Positions 1 through 12,870 of a stretch of 64,000 nt of DNA are shown here, in pieces (position 1 is the first letter of the stretch; each line of letters starts with the position of its first letter). The stretch spans positions 234,004,967 through 234,068,966 of the forward strand of contig NC_058135.1 of assembly GCF_016433145.1 (NCBI RefSeq). Reading direction: 5' to 3'. This DNA is from Gracilinanus agilis (Eukaryota). The notes beneath the pieces were generated by a model. It did not search any database and was not told where the DNA came from. It worked only from the letters and a program-made list of their open reading frames with translations. The translations under genes and the position numbers were made by a program.

Positions 1-99
1 ATGATGCTATTCTATTACATTAATACAACATGACTCTTTCCCAAATGATAGACAACTGCTTTATTCTGCCTCATTTGGGAATCTCCTAGATATCAGCAA

Positions 100-280
100 G
101 ATTATATTTATTGATCTGAGTTCATATCCCACCTTTGATATTTGCTAGCTGATTGGACTCCAGTTGAGTCACTTGACCTGCCTGAGCCTCAGTTTCCTCA
201 TTTACAAAATGATTATAAAAATATCATGTACCACACAGGATTATTTTGAAATGAAATAATGCATGTAAAAGTTCTGTCTG
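100..280 (+). mobile_element. MIR (CORE-SINE) fragment
   Basis: CORE motif AGTCACTTGACCTGCCTGAGCCTCAGTTTCCTCATTTACAAAATG. Confidence 0.75.
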
Positions 281-296
281 GGCCCCTCCTATCTTC

Positions 297-1335
297 TCTT
301 TCTACATTTTCTCTGGGTGAATCCATCAGCTCCCCAGGGGTTAAATGAGTGTCTCTATTCAGATGGCTCCTAGATCTATATATCCAGCTGTAGTCTCTCA
401 AGTTCCAGTCCTGAATCACCAACTGCTTTTTGGCAAATGAGATATCCCATTAAGTATTTCACACTTAATATGAACAAAAGAAAAACTCATCTTTCCCTGA
501 AATGCATCTCTCTTCTAAACTTCCTTATTTCTATCAAGGATACCTCCATCCTTTTCCGTATTCAGGTTTGCAACTTTGGCATTACCCTTAACTCCCCATT
601 TTCATTCCTTCCCACAATATCCAGATTGTTTCCAAGTCTTGTAAATCTAATCTCTACAACATCTCTCACATCTGTTCCCTTCTTCCCACTCACAGGCAAT
701 AATCCAAGTTCAGGTTATCATCACCCCTCATTTACACTATTGTAATTTTTAAGCAAGCCTTTACACAGCTTCCCTAGCAGTATTCCTAAAGCACAGGCTG
801 GCTACGTCACTCCCATGCTTAATAAACTCCAGTGGCTCCCTATTAACTCTAGGCTTAAATACTAGCCTCTCTAGCAATTTAAAATGTTTTACAACCTGGT
901 TCCAGCTGCCTTGCCAGCCTTATTATAAGGTAGTCTTCAGTATTCTTTGGTCTATCCGAAGTGATCTCTCTGTTCCTCTCCGTACTCATCTCTGTTCTGT
1001 TGCACAGGTTGCCACTCATGCTGGGAAAACACTCCATTCTCACCTTTTTTACTTAGAATTCCTAATATTTTTCAAAGCTCAAGTCAAATATCTCTTCCTA
1101 AATGAGCACTTTCTTGATCACTCTCAGCTGCTTTGCTTCCTTCCAATTCTGTTATTTATTTTGTATTGATTTATACATGTGTGTGTTTTCCATATTGTCA
1201 CCCTAATAGAATATAAGTTTTCTTGAGGGTAGGACTTGTTTTGCTTTTGCCTTTGTATTCCTAGCATGTAGCACAGTGCCTGGTATGTATAGTACATAGT
1301 ACACAAGAAAAAAAAAAGATTGCTGTTTAATCCAT
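297..1335 (+). mobile_element. L2 LINE 3' portion, degenerate
   Basis: L2 hallmarks such as ...AAACTCCAGTGGCTCCCTATT... and the 3' end TTCTTGAGGGTAGGAC...CCTAGCATGTAGCACAGTGCCTGGTATGTATAGTA. Confidence 0.75.
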
Positions 1336-1606
1336 TAAATAAAAGGCTTTACCAACCTTAAAGCACTATATAAATGTCAACTATTAGGGCTGTTATTGTT
1401 GTTGTTGTCCTGATAGTGGAGGTCATCATTGAATGATGTTAAGAAGATTCATAGGCCATTGAAAATAGCTGTCATTGGTCTCTTTCCTCTTTAGCCTTAG
1501 TATCCCTATCAGGAAAATGGAGAGAGGGAAAAATAGGTTAATTCAGAGAGATGTGAGGCTTCATTTTCTATTAGGAATATAAAACTCTTTGTAATTGTGT
1601 TATTCC

Positions 1607-1667
1607 TGTGTGTGTGTGTGTATGTGTGTGTGTGTGTGTGTGTGTGTTGTGTGTGCATGTGCGTGTG
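1607..1667. repeat. (TG)n microsatellite
   Basis: Direct reading. Confidence 0.95.
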
Positions 1668-2899
1668 TTTTAATATTGTGCAAAAGGGAACAATGGGAAT
1701 TTATTGCGAATTGCTTGACATTTGAAATATTTGTTCTAGATGGCCACATAGTTTTTTTTTTCCTCCCATGATGTCTCAACACATATTCCCTGGGGCTCCT
1801 GAAGACTTCAGGCATATTTATAGAAATGAGAGACATATCATAGACTGTTTTACATGTCTGCCTAGTTTATGAATTTTCAGTGAAATTTTCTATCATTATT
1901 AATAAATCCCATGCTCTTGTCTTCCATCATTGGGTAGATGTATCCAACTTGGATTGAATGCAAAGGGACTATGTTTTAGTATTTGTATCAGTAATAATTA
2001 TCAGCTTAGTATATTGTTACAACATGCTTGGAAAGTTGCTTGTAAAAATAACAAGGATGTGGAATGGATCAAGCTGAAGACAGCTCAGTTGATCATACTT
2101 ATTACTGATAGGGGTGTTATAAATATACCACTTTATGCTGTAACATTTTAGTATGTCTCAAAAAGTCAGATCCAATTTGAAATAATAATCTCTGACAGTC
2201 CCTGCTTTGAAGATTCGCTGCTGCACTCTCAAACTTGGGCTTTTTTTGCCTGTGACTTGAACATAAAAATCAAACCTGCACAGAGTGCAAAATGCCCACC
2301 CTGTTTCTGAATTTCAAAGAATGCAGTAAGAGCCCTTGGGGTAAATTAAAGACAATTGGAAACTGTGCCTGCCTGCCTGTCTGCTTTGGTTGGAAGGTCA
2401 CTCAGAGTCCAGCTCTTGATTTCTGGGGTAGATCACTTGTTGAAGGCAATGTGGACCTTTAAGAGAAAGAGAAAGAAAGAAAAGGAAGGAAGGGAGGGAG
2501 GGAGGAAGGGAGAAAGAGAAAGAGAAAAAAAAAACAGAAAATAATACAGGGAGGAGAACCTGCCCTTGATAGAAGCAAGCTGACATCCATTTAGAAAAGA
2601 CTTCAGGCCTCGCCTGTGAGAGACAGCTAGCAGAGTTGTTCTCCATCACCCATCTCACGACACTGAGCTGGATTCCATCCATTCTTTGGCTGATTGATCA
2701 TGCCGTGGACAAATGTTAATTGTTTTCATCAACGCTTTCCAATCATGAGTGTTCTTTCATCTCTTACCTAGGGCTCACCTTCTCTTTCAGTGACTTATTT
2801 ATCTTCCAACAGTCTTTTTAGAGGCCACCTTGACCACACTGTCACCCTGACAAACTCAAGAAATAAGTTAAAGTGATATTCACTAGTATGGGGGTGGGG

Positions 2900-3058
2900 N
2901 NNNNNNNNNNNNNNNNNNNNNNNNNNNNNNNNNNNNNNNNNNNNNNNNNNNNNNNNNNNNNNNNNNNNNNNNNNNNNNNNNNNNNNNNNNNNNNNNNNNN
3001 NNNNNNNNNNNNNNNNNNNNNNNNNNNNNNNNNNNNNNNNNNNNNNNNNNNNNNNNNN
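2900..3058. other. Assembly gap (N run); further gaps at 35629-36028, 56124-56691, 59151-59303 and 62067-62443
   Basis: N runs. Three of the five abut microsatellites. The X-containing ORFs are artefacts of these gaps. Confidence 0.99.
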
Positions 3059-3149
3059 TTTAAGAAAGCCATCAAAATATCACCACGTTGGATTGTAAAA
3101 TATTATGATTGTCCTTGAAAAGAATAACTTCTTACTCTGGGTGATTTCA

Positions 3150-4290
3150 TTTACCTCCATGGTTTCAACTTTTACCTTTATACATAGGGTTAGAGGTGTT
3201 TATGATTCTTTTAGCCAATCACAAGGTATTTCTTGCGTGGCATCATCTGTCTTTATCTCATGATCAAAGAATTTTATATACTTAAGTGCCTACCCTTATT
3301 AGATACTAAGTGCTACATTGGTGACTCCCAAGTCAATGTCTCCAACATCTCTTCCAAATTCCAGATCTACATATTCTCCTATAAACTTTTTTGCCTGAAT
3401 GTTCTAAAGATATCTCAAAGTTGACATATCTAAAACAATCATATGGTTTTCTCCCTGCAAACTTGTTCCCCTTCTGAGTTCAATATTATTAATCATAAGC
3501 CTCCAATGTTGGCAATTTAAATTTGATTTTTCTCTTTCCCATATCCTATATCTCTCAATATCAAATCCTCTTAATCCTATCTTTATAGCATTTTTTCATA
3601 CCAAATATTTTCTTTTATTTTCATTGCAAATACATATGTACACACAAATATAATATGTTGGCAGTACACATATGTATATGTATGAATATATATGAAAGAT
3701 AGATTATATATGTATATGGATTATTATAGTAGTTGCCTGACTAGTTTCTTAATTCTCATTCTCTCTTCCTATCCATACACTGCCAATCTGTCCCTCAGCT
3801 TAATATGAGAGTGATCTTTCTTATGCACATGTCTGATCACAGGATTATAGACTTTAGAACCAAAAGAGATGTTAGAGGTCATCTTAGCTTACCTCCTTCA
3901 CTTTAGAGATCATATTCGCCTCTCTAAATTGCCAAAATGTTGTCTCTATTTATCATTTAAGACCTTCCATAATCTATGGCAAAAGTTTCTTTCTAGTCCT
4001 TTCTCCTAATATTCCATGCCATGTACTTTAGGGTCCAGTTAACCTGGATTATTCTGTGTGCTCAGACATTACATTCCTTACTTGTTTTGGCCTCTGTGCC
4101 TTTGATTACATTGTTTGTTACACTGAAAGTGTAATTCAGCTCAAATCTCACCTCTTTCATGAGTCCCTCCCAATCAGCAACCACCTTCCCCTTAGATATC
4201 ACACAGCACATTGTTTTCTAATCTTCTAATGCATTTATCATGTTAGTACTGTGTTTTAGAATCATCTTTATGAATCATGCCTTAGCTAAG
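3150..4290 (+). mobile_element. L2 LINE fragment with internal TA-rich tract and MIR insert (about 3840-3910, minus)
   Basis: L2-like GGTGACTCCCAAGTC...CTCAAAGTTGACATATCTAAAAC...TCAAATCCTC; MIR-like AGGATTATAGACTTTAGAACCAAAAGAGATGTTAGAGGTCATC. Confidence 0.65.
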
Positions 4291-5530
4291 GATGAGGATT
4301 GGGCAATGGTAAGGCACTAAGTTGGAGTACTTTCTTTGAGGAAGAGATAAGGTCAGTCTAGCTGGATGGCAGAGTACAGGGAGAATATTAATATTTAATT
4401 GGTCAGGAAAATAAGCATGGAACCAGATTGGAAACAGAGGAGTTTTTCATTTGCTTATATTTTAAGATCCCATGAGATAATATATTATATACACTTGGCA
4501 AACCCTTAACCATATCAACATCATTATCATTGTTGTTATTAGTTCCTAGAGTCAATAAGAAGCCACTGAGTTTGAGATAAAGTCATTGGTAGATTTATGC
4601 TTAAGGAAAATCATTTTGACAGTGTAAGAAGGAGAAATTAGTAGAAAGACTTGAAGCATGAACTGAGTGAGAACCTATTCCAAAGGCTAGCTAGGTAAGA
4701 GGTGATGAGGACTCAAATGAAGGTGTTATCTCTGTGAGCAGAGAAAAGATGTCTCCTGTAAGAAATTAGAAGGGATAAATGGTAAGACTTGGCAAGTGAT
4801 TAGATATGTGGATGAAAAAGAATAGGGCAAAGAAGAATTAAGAGAATTGAGGATAATGCTGAGGTCATGAATTTGTGAGACTTGAATATTGTTGATGCCT
4901 TTGAACAGAAATAGAGAATTTTGGTAAGAAGAGTTTGGGGGTAGAGAGAGTTAAGTTTTGGACATTGTTGACTTTGAGATGTCTCTGGGATATGATAAGC
5001 AATTGACAGTGTCCAAAATGTCAAATCCTGTCTTTACAGCATTTATTCATGTCAATTATTTCGTTTCTATTTTCATTGCCAGTACATATGTATATATAAA
5101 TAAACACACACACATATAATAATAGTCAGTTGGTGATTGATGTATAAAGCTGAAGCTCAAGAAAGAAATTCAGGATATGTAAATATATATCTGTAGACTA
5201 TTTGTAGAGAGATAATAATTAAACACATGGCAACTGATGAGTTATTTCATTAAGAGAAGAGGAGCATCTCAAGGAGAGAACATTGGGGAACACCCAATTA
5301 GGGGTCACAGTATAGAAAAAGAGCTAGGAAAAGAAATGGATGAGATGTGGTCCAACAGGTAGAAGGATAACCTGGAGAGTGTAGTGTCATAAGAACTTAA
5401 AGAGCAGAGGGTATCAGGAGGGGGAGGGTCACCAGTACTGTAAAATGCAGTGAAAAGGTCAAAGAAGGATGAGAGATAAAAAAAAAAGTCCACTAGATAA
5501 GGTGATTAAGTGATCATATAGGTTAAGAGA
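4290..5530 (-). mobile_element. L2 LINE fragment, antisense
   Basis: Purine-rich antisense L2 motifs TTGGCAAGTGATTAGATATG, AAGTTTTGGACATTGTTGACTTTGAGATG, GGCAACTGATGAG. Confidence 0.65.
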
Positions 5531-5731
5531 GGAGGAAATATGGAATGATGAAGTGGAAGAGAGAAAATTTGGAATAGCTTTTGGGTGAAATAGAAAATCA
5601 GTTAGGGAGGAATAAAATAATTAACTTGTTTCTTTGGGATCCAGCTGAGGTTAGATAACACAATTCATAGCATACCCAGTGAATAAGGTTGTTTGACTTC
5701 CTCCAGGATAGTTAAAAAATATATGAGTAAG

Positions 5732-5952
5732 GGGGCAGCTGGGTAGCTCAGTGGATTGAGAGCCAGGCCTAGAGATGGGAGGTCCTAGGTTCAAATCCGG
5801 CCTCAGACACTTCCCAGCTGTGTGACCCTGGGCAAGTCACTTGACCCCCATTGCCTACCCTTTCCAATCTTCCACCTATAAAGTCAATACACAGAAGTTA
5901 AGGGTTTAAAAAAAGTAAAAAAAATATATATATATATGTGTATATATATATT
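5732..5952 (+). mobile_element. Young tRNA/CORE SINE (SINE1_Mdo-like, short-3' variant), full length, with (TA)n tail
   Basis: GGGGCAGCTGGGTAGCTCAGTGG (A box), GGTTCAAATCC (B box), A tail; TSD TATGAGTAAG at 5722-5731 and 5953-5962. Confidence 0.9.
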
Positions 5953-6526
5953 TATGAGTAAGAAGTGGAAGGATGGATGGTGGGAATGAATGAATTAATA
6001 AAAAAAACATGTGTTTAGTGTTTTCTATGTGCAAAACACTATACTAAGAACAAATCCAGCAAATCTTTGGCTGGGAGAGACAGCACCTTTGGGATGGGTA
6101 AACAGAAGGTAAGGAGAATGATGGCATACTTGTCTCAAAGATAAAAGGAGCAGGGATTTCAATATGATTCTTAGAGAGAAAAATGTGGAAGAAGTGGGCT
6201 CTACAATCACAGAGGTAGGACAGAAAATGGCTGGGGTGAAGTTATCCATGGGAGTGTAGAACCACGGGGTTGAGCCTATGGTGGGAGCTCTCCAGGTTTG
6301 GAATTTGCCAAAGGCTTGGTGGCAGCGGGACAAGGGAACCAGGGGTTCTGAGAGTAGAGCAGAGTGTGGAGTTGAATTGGTTAACCTTCAGATTAAGATT
6401 GGAAAGGGAGGACAATAAAGTCATAACAGGGAGAATAGTCTGAGAAAGTACTGAAGGTTAGAGGACCTGGTTGCCCATCTCGAAGAAGTTCCTCACTCAG
6501 AGAGGCAGCTCAAGCACTGCCTGTTC

Positions 6527-6749
6527 CAGGAGGAGCTCTTAACCTTTTGGGAGCATGGACCCCTTCTATAACCCAGTGATGCTTTCCAACTCCTCAGAAT
6601 ATTAATTTCTTGCCTATATTCATAACTGAAGGAAACACTAAAATTAAAGTGAAAATAAAGATGCCATTTTCCTCACCATTCAGGTTCACAGATCCCTTGA
6701 AATCTATCCATGGATAGACCCACTGGGGCTGTGTGGTCAAGAACCCAGG
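6527..6749. mobile_element. hAT-Charlie (Charlie4-like) non-autonomous DNA transposon
   Basis: Degenerate TIRs GGAGCTCTTAACC...GGTCAAGAACCCAGG; internal sequence similar to the other copies in the window. Confidence 0.6.
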
Positions 6750-7167
6750 TTCTCCTAGAAGCCTTTCTTAATCTAGGATCCTCCCTTAAAAAGTAATGAT
6801 CTTGTTTTTCTTTGTTTTTATCTGTCTCTCTCATATACATATGTATATATATGTATGTGTGTATGAAAGAAACTCACATCCATGTGTTTTTTCTTGTTAG
6901 CATGTATCTTCCTCAAGCATAGGTATTGTCCCATTTTTTGCCTTCATATCTTTAGTGTCAAATGTAGCATGTATATAGTGGGTGCTTACTAGATGTTTGT
7001 TGATTAATCCATATCTAAACTGGGTATTTCCTTCAATGTCTACACAGTACAGGGATATGCACATGATAGGTGCTTAATAAATATGTTTAATGAAGATAAG
7101 AATGACTCTAGGAAGGATCAAGATTTCAAAGACATAGAGTTCCGTCCTTCCCTGTGCTTTGTGGCAT

Positions 7168-7415
7168 TTTGTTGCTCATTTGTTCATTTATGTCTGACTC
7201 TTCATGACCCCTGGACCATAGCTATCCTTGAGGTTTTCTTGACAAGGATACTGGAGTGATTTGCCATTTCCTTCTCCAGTGGATCTTTTTGTCAGTCAAT
7301 CAGATGTTAGGTGACTGGTCCAGGAACACACAGCTAGGAGGTGTCTGAGGCCAGATTTGAACTTAAATCTTTCTGACTCCTTGTCTAAAGCTCTACCCTC
7401 TTAGCCACCTAGCTA
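7168..7415 (-). mobile_element. MAR1-type CORE-SINE with RTE-derived tail
   Basis: RTE/BovB tail TTTTCTTGACAAGGATACTGGAGTGATTTGCCATTTCCTTCTCCAG followed by the CORE/tRNA head in antisense. Confidence 0.8.
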
Positions 7416-9234
7416 ATGTGGCATTTATATATCTCTTTAGAAACTAAGATTGAAGTCTGAGAGCTGTGAGCTCTTAGCTCTTAGCCAAGCAGCTTCAATT
7501 TTAGGGATCTCAGATCCTGTCAGTGTGGAGTCTCTTTCCACTGCCGTAGATCCTGGCTCCTAAATCTTAGAGAGCATCCCTCACCCCACAGTCACTCTAA
7601 TGCTGAGGGTCTCTGAATATAGTCAGTCTGGGCCATGGATCCATGACATGTAATCTGTCACCAGCTTGATAGTCAAAGTCTTTCCCATTTTCAGTAGAAT
7701 CTGCTAGGTCTAATGGCCTCATGGCACAGACTTCAAGAACTCAAGGGGTATTCCACTCCCACAGTGAAACGCTGAACTGTCAAGCTGAGCAACAAATGCA
7801 GAGATATAATAGAAGTGCTGCCTGGGAAGCCTGGAAGACCTAGGTTCAAATCCCATCTCTCCATAATTAGCTAAGTGGCCAGAGACAAGTTGTTTAACCT
7901 CTCTCTGAGCCAGTATTCCTCTTTTGTGAAGTGCTGAATAAAACTAAGGTTACATAGATAAGGTCTTTGGAAAACTTTAAAGGGCCTTATACATGTCAAT
8001 TATTATTATTGATAACGAACCTGATGACACAGGGTCAAGCATCCGACCCTGAGGATATTCATCTTAAATGTCTGTAATCAGCATGAGTTGGTGTCCAGCC
8101 AAGTTGAATCACCCCACCGTCCCCGCTTCCTACCTCACTGAACTCCCTGACCTGCATTTAGAAAGGCAATCCCCTTACGTTAATGCAAGAAAAGCATATG
8201 CTATTATGAAAACAGGCCCATTTTGCCTTTCACATAAAAGAGTCGTAGCCCCTTCCCCTTAATGACAAGGTCACCCAACTTGACCCTTATTTCTCTCAGC
8301 TTCTCTCTCTAAGTGGAAACTATTTTTTTTTAAATCAGAAGTTTCCTTCAGGTTTTTTTGAAGGACCAAGTAATTTCAGGTTGATTGGCTTCTCCTATAA
8401 AGACCTGCCATTATTATTGAAATATCTCTTGGATTCTAGACTATGATTTTTTTTTTTATTCCAAAGAAAATGCTTGGATTTAATGCAGTTTCATCCAATA
8501 TGGAATCTCCCTGGAAGGAAACACCAAGATGTCTGCTTCCCTTTCCATAATTTCAAGTATAAATATTCACTGAATCTTAACAAAATGATGATAAAAATGC
8601 CAACAAAGGAGCAATGACAGGTGTCTCTTTTTACCTAAGCTATGTCTGAAATACAAAGAAGCTTAGTCAAGAGAAACTTTTTGGTATTTTTCAAGGATGT
8701 CCTCAATTAGCACAATTTCTTAATCTTATTAATTTATCAATTCTCATCAAAGCATGATCTTGGTGAAGTCATTTAGCTTCTCTGGGATATGATTTCCTTA
8801 TTTGTTAAAAGAAGCTTCAAGTAAATGACTTCTGAGATCCCTTACAACTTGAAATCTAGAATCCTGTGATCTCATTGCAGGAAACGGTATGCTCAACCAA
8901 TGTTTGGCTGTTGGAGATTGACCCTTGGGTGAGATTGTGGATGGGGGTGCCAGTGGGGCTGACCATTCCTTTTCCTCTCTTAGAGAGAGCAGCAGAATCC
9001 GTCTGTCTCTCTCTTATTCAGGCATCAGACAAATTTCTGAAACCTTGCGATTAAATCTCTAGCAGTGCAACTTACCTCCAGGGAGGCTGCTGAATTTCCC
9101 TGAAGCCTTTTTGGAGTAGTTGTTGTAGCTGTGCAAATTTTAAAATAGGAGAGTGACTCTGTGAGCCAGACTTCTGAATTTATGAGTTTCAAAGACACTC
9201 ATTAAATTTGTATTTCTTTTTTTCTTTGTGGCAG

Positions 9235-9324
9235 ACTCATCCTGCATGGAAAAACTACTTTCAAAAGACTGGAAGGAGAAAATGGAAAGATTAAATGCCA
9301 GTGAGCTTCTTGGAGAAATTAAAG
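9235..9324 (+). CDS. SOX6: SOX6 internal coding exon (90 nt, phase 1-1), (D)[29 protein letters not shown](G)
   Basis: Polypyrimidine tract and GCAG acceptor (AG 9233-9234); donor AAAG|GTATGA at 9325. The peptide matches my recollection of vertebrate SOX6 ([32 protein letters not shown]) and splices in frame to 63417. Confidence 0.96.
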
Positions 9325-9759
9325 GTATGAGATACAAAATATCAAACGTACCAATGCAGATTTGTCGTCATGTTTATCAAAGTAATTGCTTAATACAAGG
9401 AAATGCTTATCTTGGACTTCAGTGAAGTCAATAAGCATTAATGAAGGAATCTACTGTGTGTCAGGCACTGGTGAAAACAAAAAAAAGTAATAAACCAGCA
9501 CTTGCTCTCAGGGAACTCACAGTCTAATGGGAGCCTATCTAATGGGCTAAGTCATTGCCCCACTTGCTCATGGGTCATATTTGTTGAAGTCATTGAGATA
9601 ACAAAAAACTCTTCAATGTTGGGACAAAAAAATAACAAATGCTCTTTATACAGCTATGAATATTTTACTCACATATTTGTTGATTGACTCACATGCTTGT
9701 ACTGATATCTTTGTTGTTTCACTCATTGAAAGAATTTTTGATCATGAAATTAGGAAATA

Positions 9760-10345
9760 AAAGGAATGCTAGACCTAGAATCAAAATGTCCTGGATTTAG
9801 ATCCTGCTCCTGGACACTTGTTGGCCCTCTGATGTTGGAGAAATCATTTAAAATTATCTGAAGCTCACTTTCTCTTCTATAAAATGGAGATAGTTACATA
9901 TGCAATCCACATGACTTGAAGCTTAAGGTGACAGATGTAAAGTGCTTTAAATGCAATATTAATGCCAGCTATTATTGGATGATACAGTGGGAAAAGTTCT
10001 GGGTTTGGTCAGAGGTCCAGAATTGAAATCCTGGATCTACCACTTATTATTTTTGTGACCATGGATAAGTCAATTCGTGTGGGCCTCTGTTTCTTTAATT
10101 TTAAAATGAGAAAGTTGGACTAGATGACTTTTTAGATTCTTTTCCAGTTCCATATCTATGATTTTTCTATCAAATGTAATAGAAGAATACCAAAATCAGA
10201 GACCTAAGTTCCAATCCTGACTCTTACCTTTTTAGGCAAATCACTTCCTTTCTCTGCCCCTTAGTTTACTCATCTATATAATGAGACAGGGTTGGACAAT
10301 CTCCAATTTCTTTTCCATTTTGAAATTTATGACTCTATGATCACC
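9760..10345 (+). mobile_element. Three head-to-tail MIR fragments
   Basis: Repeated CORE motifs (CTCACTTTCTCTTCTATAAAATGG; CTCTGTTTCTTTAATTTTAAAATGAG; TTAGTTTACTCATCTATATAATGAG). Confidence 0.7.
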
Positions 10346-11419
10346 ATGAGCATTTCTGGCTCAAAATCATAATAATCCTATGCCCAATAACAATACAATA
10401 ATAAAAATAGAATTTACTGGTTAACATTATTTTGTTGATCTAATCTTGGAATCAGATTTTTTAGTTATTGTTTTATGTTTAAATGAGGTGAATGATAGTA
10501 CCCTTAAACGAATTTAGTTTTAGTTTATTGGATTTAGATAAGAAAAAGTCATAATTTTAGAGCTGGAAGTGCTCTCAATGTTCCCCTCCCCACCTTCCTA
10601 CCATTTTACCACCTAAAGAATATATACTTTCTTGGAGTCACATAACTAATACATATCTGAGGTGGGATTTGAAATGGATGGGACAAAGTACAATGACCTC
10701 ATGTCTTTAGGCAAGTGAATATCTTCAACATTTAAGACAGCATTTCTCATTTTAAAGACTGGTCAGGGCTTATTATTGACTAGGTACTACTTTAAAAAAC
10801 TCCAAACTTTTACTGATGTTTTTCTTTATATCAGATACCAACAAATGCTCCACTAGAATTCTGCTTCCAACAAGCAACAAAGGCTAAACAAAACAAATCA
10901 CTTGATATTTTTAACTTGGAAAAAAAAACCACACACACATTTTATTGCACTTAAGCTATAAGAAAATAAATTTTCTAAGTGAATCAAACCCATTAAAAAC
11001 ACAATCCCTTTAAAAGCTATTTTCTTTCATGTCAACTTGTTACATAACTAAAGAAACTAATTGGAATCTGATTGTTTTAAATCAGACTATAAACAAAACA
11101 AGAACTGGGACCAACTTTCACAATTCAACTTATGTTGTGGCTCTTGGAAAATGAGACAACTATTGTACTCTTATTTGTTCGCATATTAATTGATTCAAAT
11201 GTCCTGAAATTTAATACAAAAAATGGAATGGTTTTTGTATATGCTGCATTTTAAAGTTGTAGGACACTCCCTTCCCATCAAGCTTTACCATCTATCCTCT
11301 GGCACTAAAATTGTGGACAAGATCAGATGAGGTATTATTTGTAAAGTGCTTAGCACATCACTTGGCATATAGTAGGCACTTAATAAATACTTGCTCTTTC
11401 CCCCTCTTCCTTGCAGTTA

Positions 11420-12660
11420 ATCCGAATTCTGATGTCTTTTAGGGTTACTTTTATTCGTGTTACTTTGTACATTGTGTTATTTTGATCCTGCTTTCTTTAT
11501 TCTGAATCAGTTCATGTAAGTTGTTCTGTGTTTCTCAGAATTCCTCATTTCTGTAATTTCTTAAGATACAATAATATTCTATTCTATTCATACTGCATTT
11601 TGTTTAGTCATTTCTCTAGCTGGTAGCCTTCCATTTAGTCTTCCACTTTTTTGCTATCACAAAAAGTGCTACTAGGAATATTGAGTCATATACAGAGCCT
11701 TCCTTTTTGTCTTTGACTTCATTATGCTATATCTCCAGTAGGGAGATCAGTGGGTTAAAGGCTATGAAGAGTTTAGTGATTTTGGGGTCAGAATTTGAAA
11801 TTATTCTTTCAGAATATTTGGACCAAATAATAGCCTCACCCAAAGTGTTTTAGTTTGATGTCCTATCCTGAATACTTTTCCCCCCCATGAAGTGAATTCA
11901 GCCAATTTGATTGTGCCCCCAACTTTCATCATTGTTATCCAGTATAAATAAGCTCTGAATCAGTGTGAGTCTTGTCACTAGACTGATAGAGACCACTATA
12001 AACACCTCTGCTCATCCCAATGATGACATAAAGGGAGAACTATATTGGCTTCCAAACCTCAGCGCAGCAGTCACATCATCCCACCTACCTCAGTTGGTTC
12101 TTTGCTCTTCACACAATCTTATCATTTTTCTTGTCCAAGTACATCCTTCCCTACCCAAAGAGCCAACCTTATAATAAAGAGTAAAAAGAAAGAGTATAAA
12201 AAGCATTTCAGTCAAATGAACTGTCATGCTAACTGAATCTGACCGGAAAGAGGAAAGCTACATCTCCTCATATCTTTTTTAGGGGGCCCAAGGTTGGTCA
12301 TTGTAGTTACACAATCCAGTTTTGTCCTTGTGGTGGTTGTTTCCAATTCCATTATTGTCATCATTTATATTGTTTGCTTGGCGTTGCTTACTTCATTTGT
12401 CCTTTGTTCTTCTGTCTTTCCATATTTCTTTGTTTCTCATAGTCATCATTTCTTGTGATAGAAAAAAATTCTCTTATAGCCACATGCCACAATTTGTTTA
12501 GACATTCCCCAAATGATGGGAATGCACTTTGCTTCCAGTGAACTTTGCTGCCATAAAAGGACAACTATGAATATTTTGGTGTATCATGAACCCTAAGTTC
12601 TATCTTTAACCTCCTTGAAGTATTTGCCCTGCAGTGAGGAAGTCATTCAATTCACTCTTT
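11420..12660 (-). mobile_element. Old L1 3' fragments, antisense (two pieces, about 11420-11945 and 12130-12660)
   Basis: Antisense L1 ORF2-end/3'UTR motifs TACAATAATATTCTATT, TTTTGCTATCACAAAAAGTGCTAC, GCCACATGCCACAATTTGTTTAGACATTCCCC. Confidence 0.7.
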
Positions 12661-12870
12661 AAAAAAAAAACAACAAAAAACTTTTGCCTTCTGTCTCAGA
12701 ATTGATACCAAGTATCAGTTTCAAGGCTGAAGAGTAGTAAGGGCTAGGCATTTGGGGTTAAGTGACTTGCCCAGGGTCACATAGCAAGGGAGTGTTTGAG
12801 GCCAGATCTCAACCCAGGATCTCCTGTCTCCAGGGCTGGCTTCTTTCCACTGAGCCACTTAGCTGTTCCT
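12660..12870 (-). mobile_element. SINE1_Mdo-like SINE, older copy
   Basis: Antisense GAAGAGTAGTAAGGGCTAGGCA...AAGTGACTTGCCCAGGGTCAC...CCACTGAGCCACTTAGCTG. Confidence 0.85.

Noticed and set aside
3150-5530. Adjacent opposite-strand L2 fragments as a long dsRNA
   Set aside because: Too diverged for extended pairing as far as I can judge by eye.
9228-9425. 65-aa ORF as a small protein
   Set aside because: It is the 90-nt exon plus intronic read-through past the GT at 9325.
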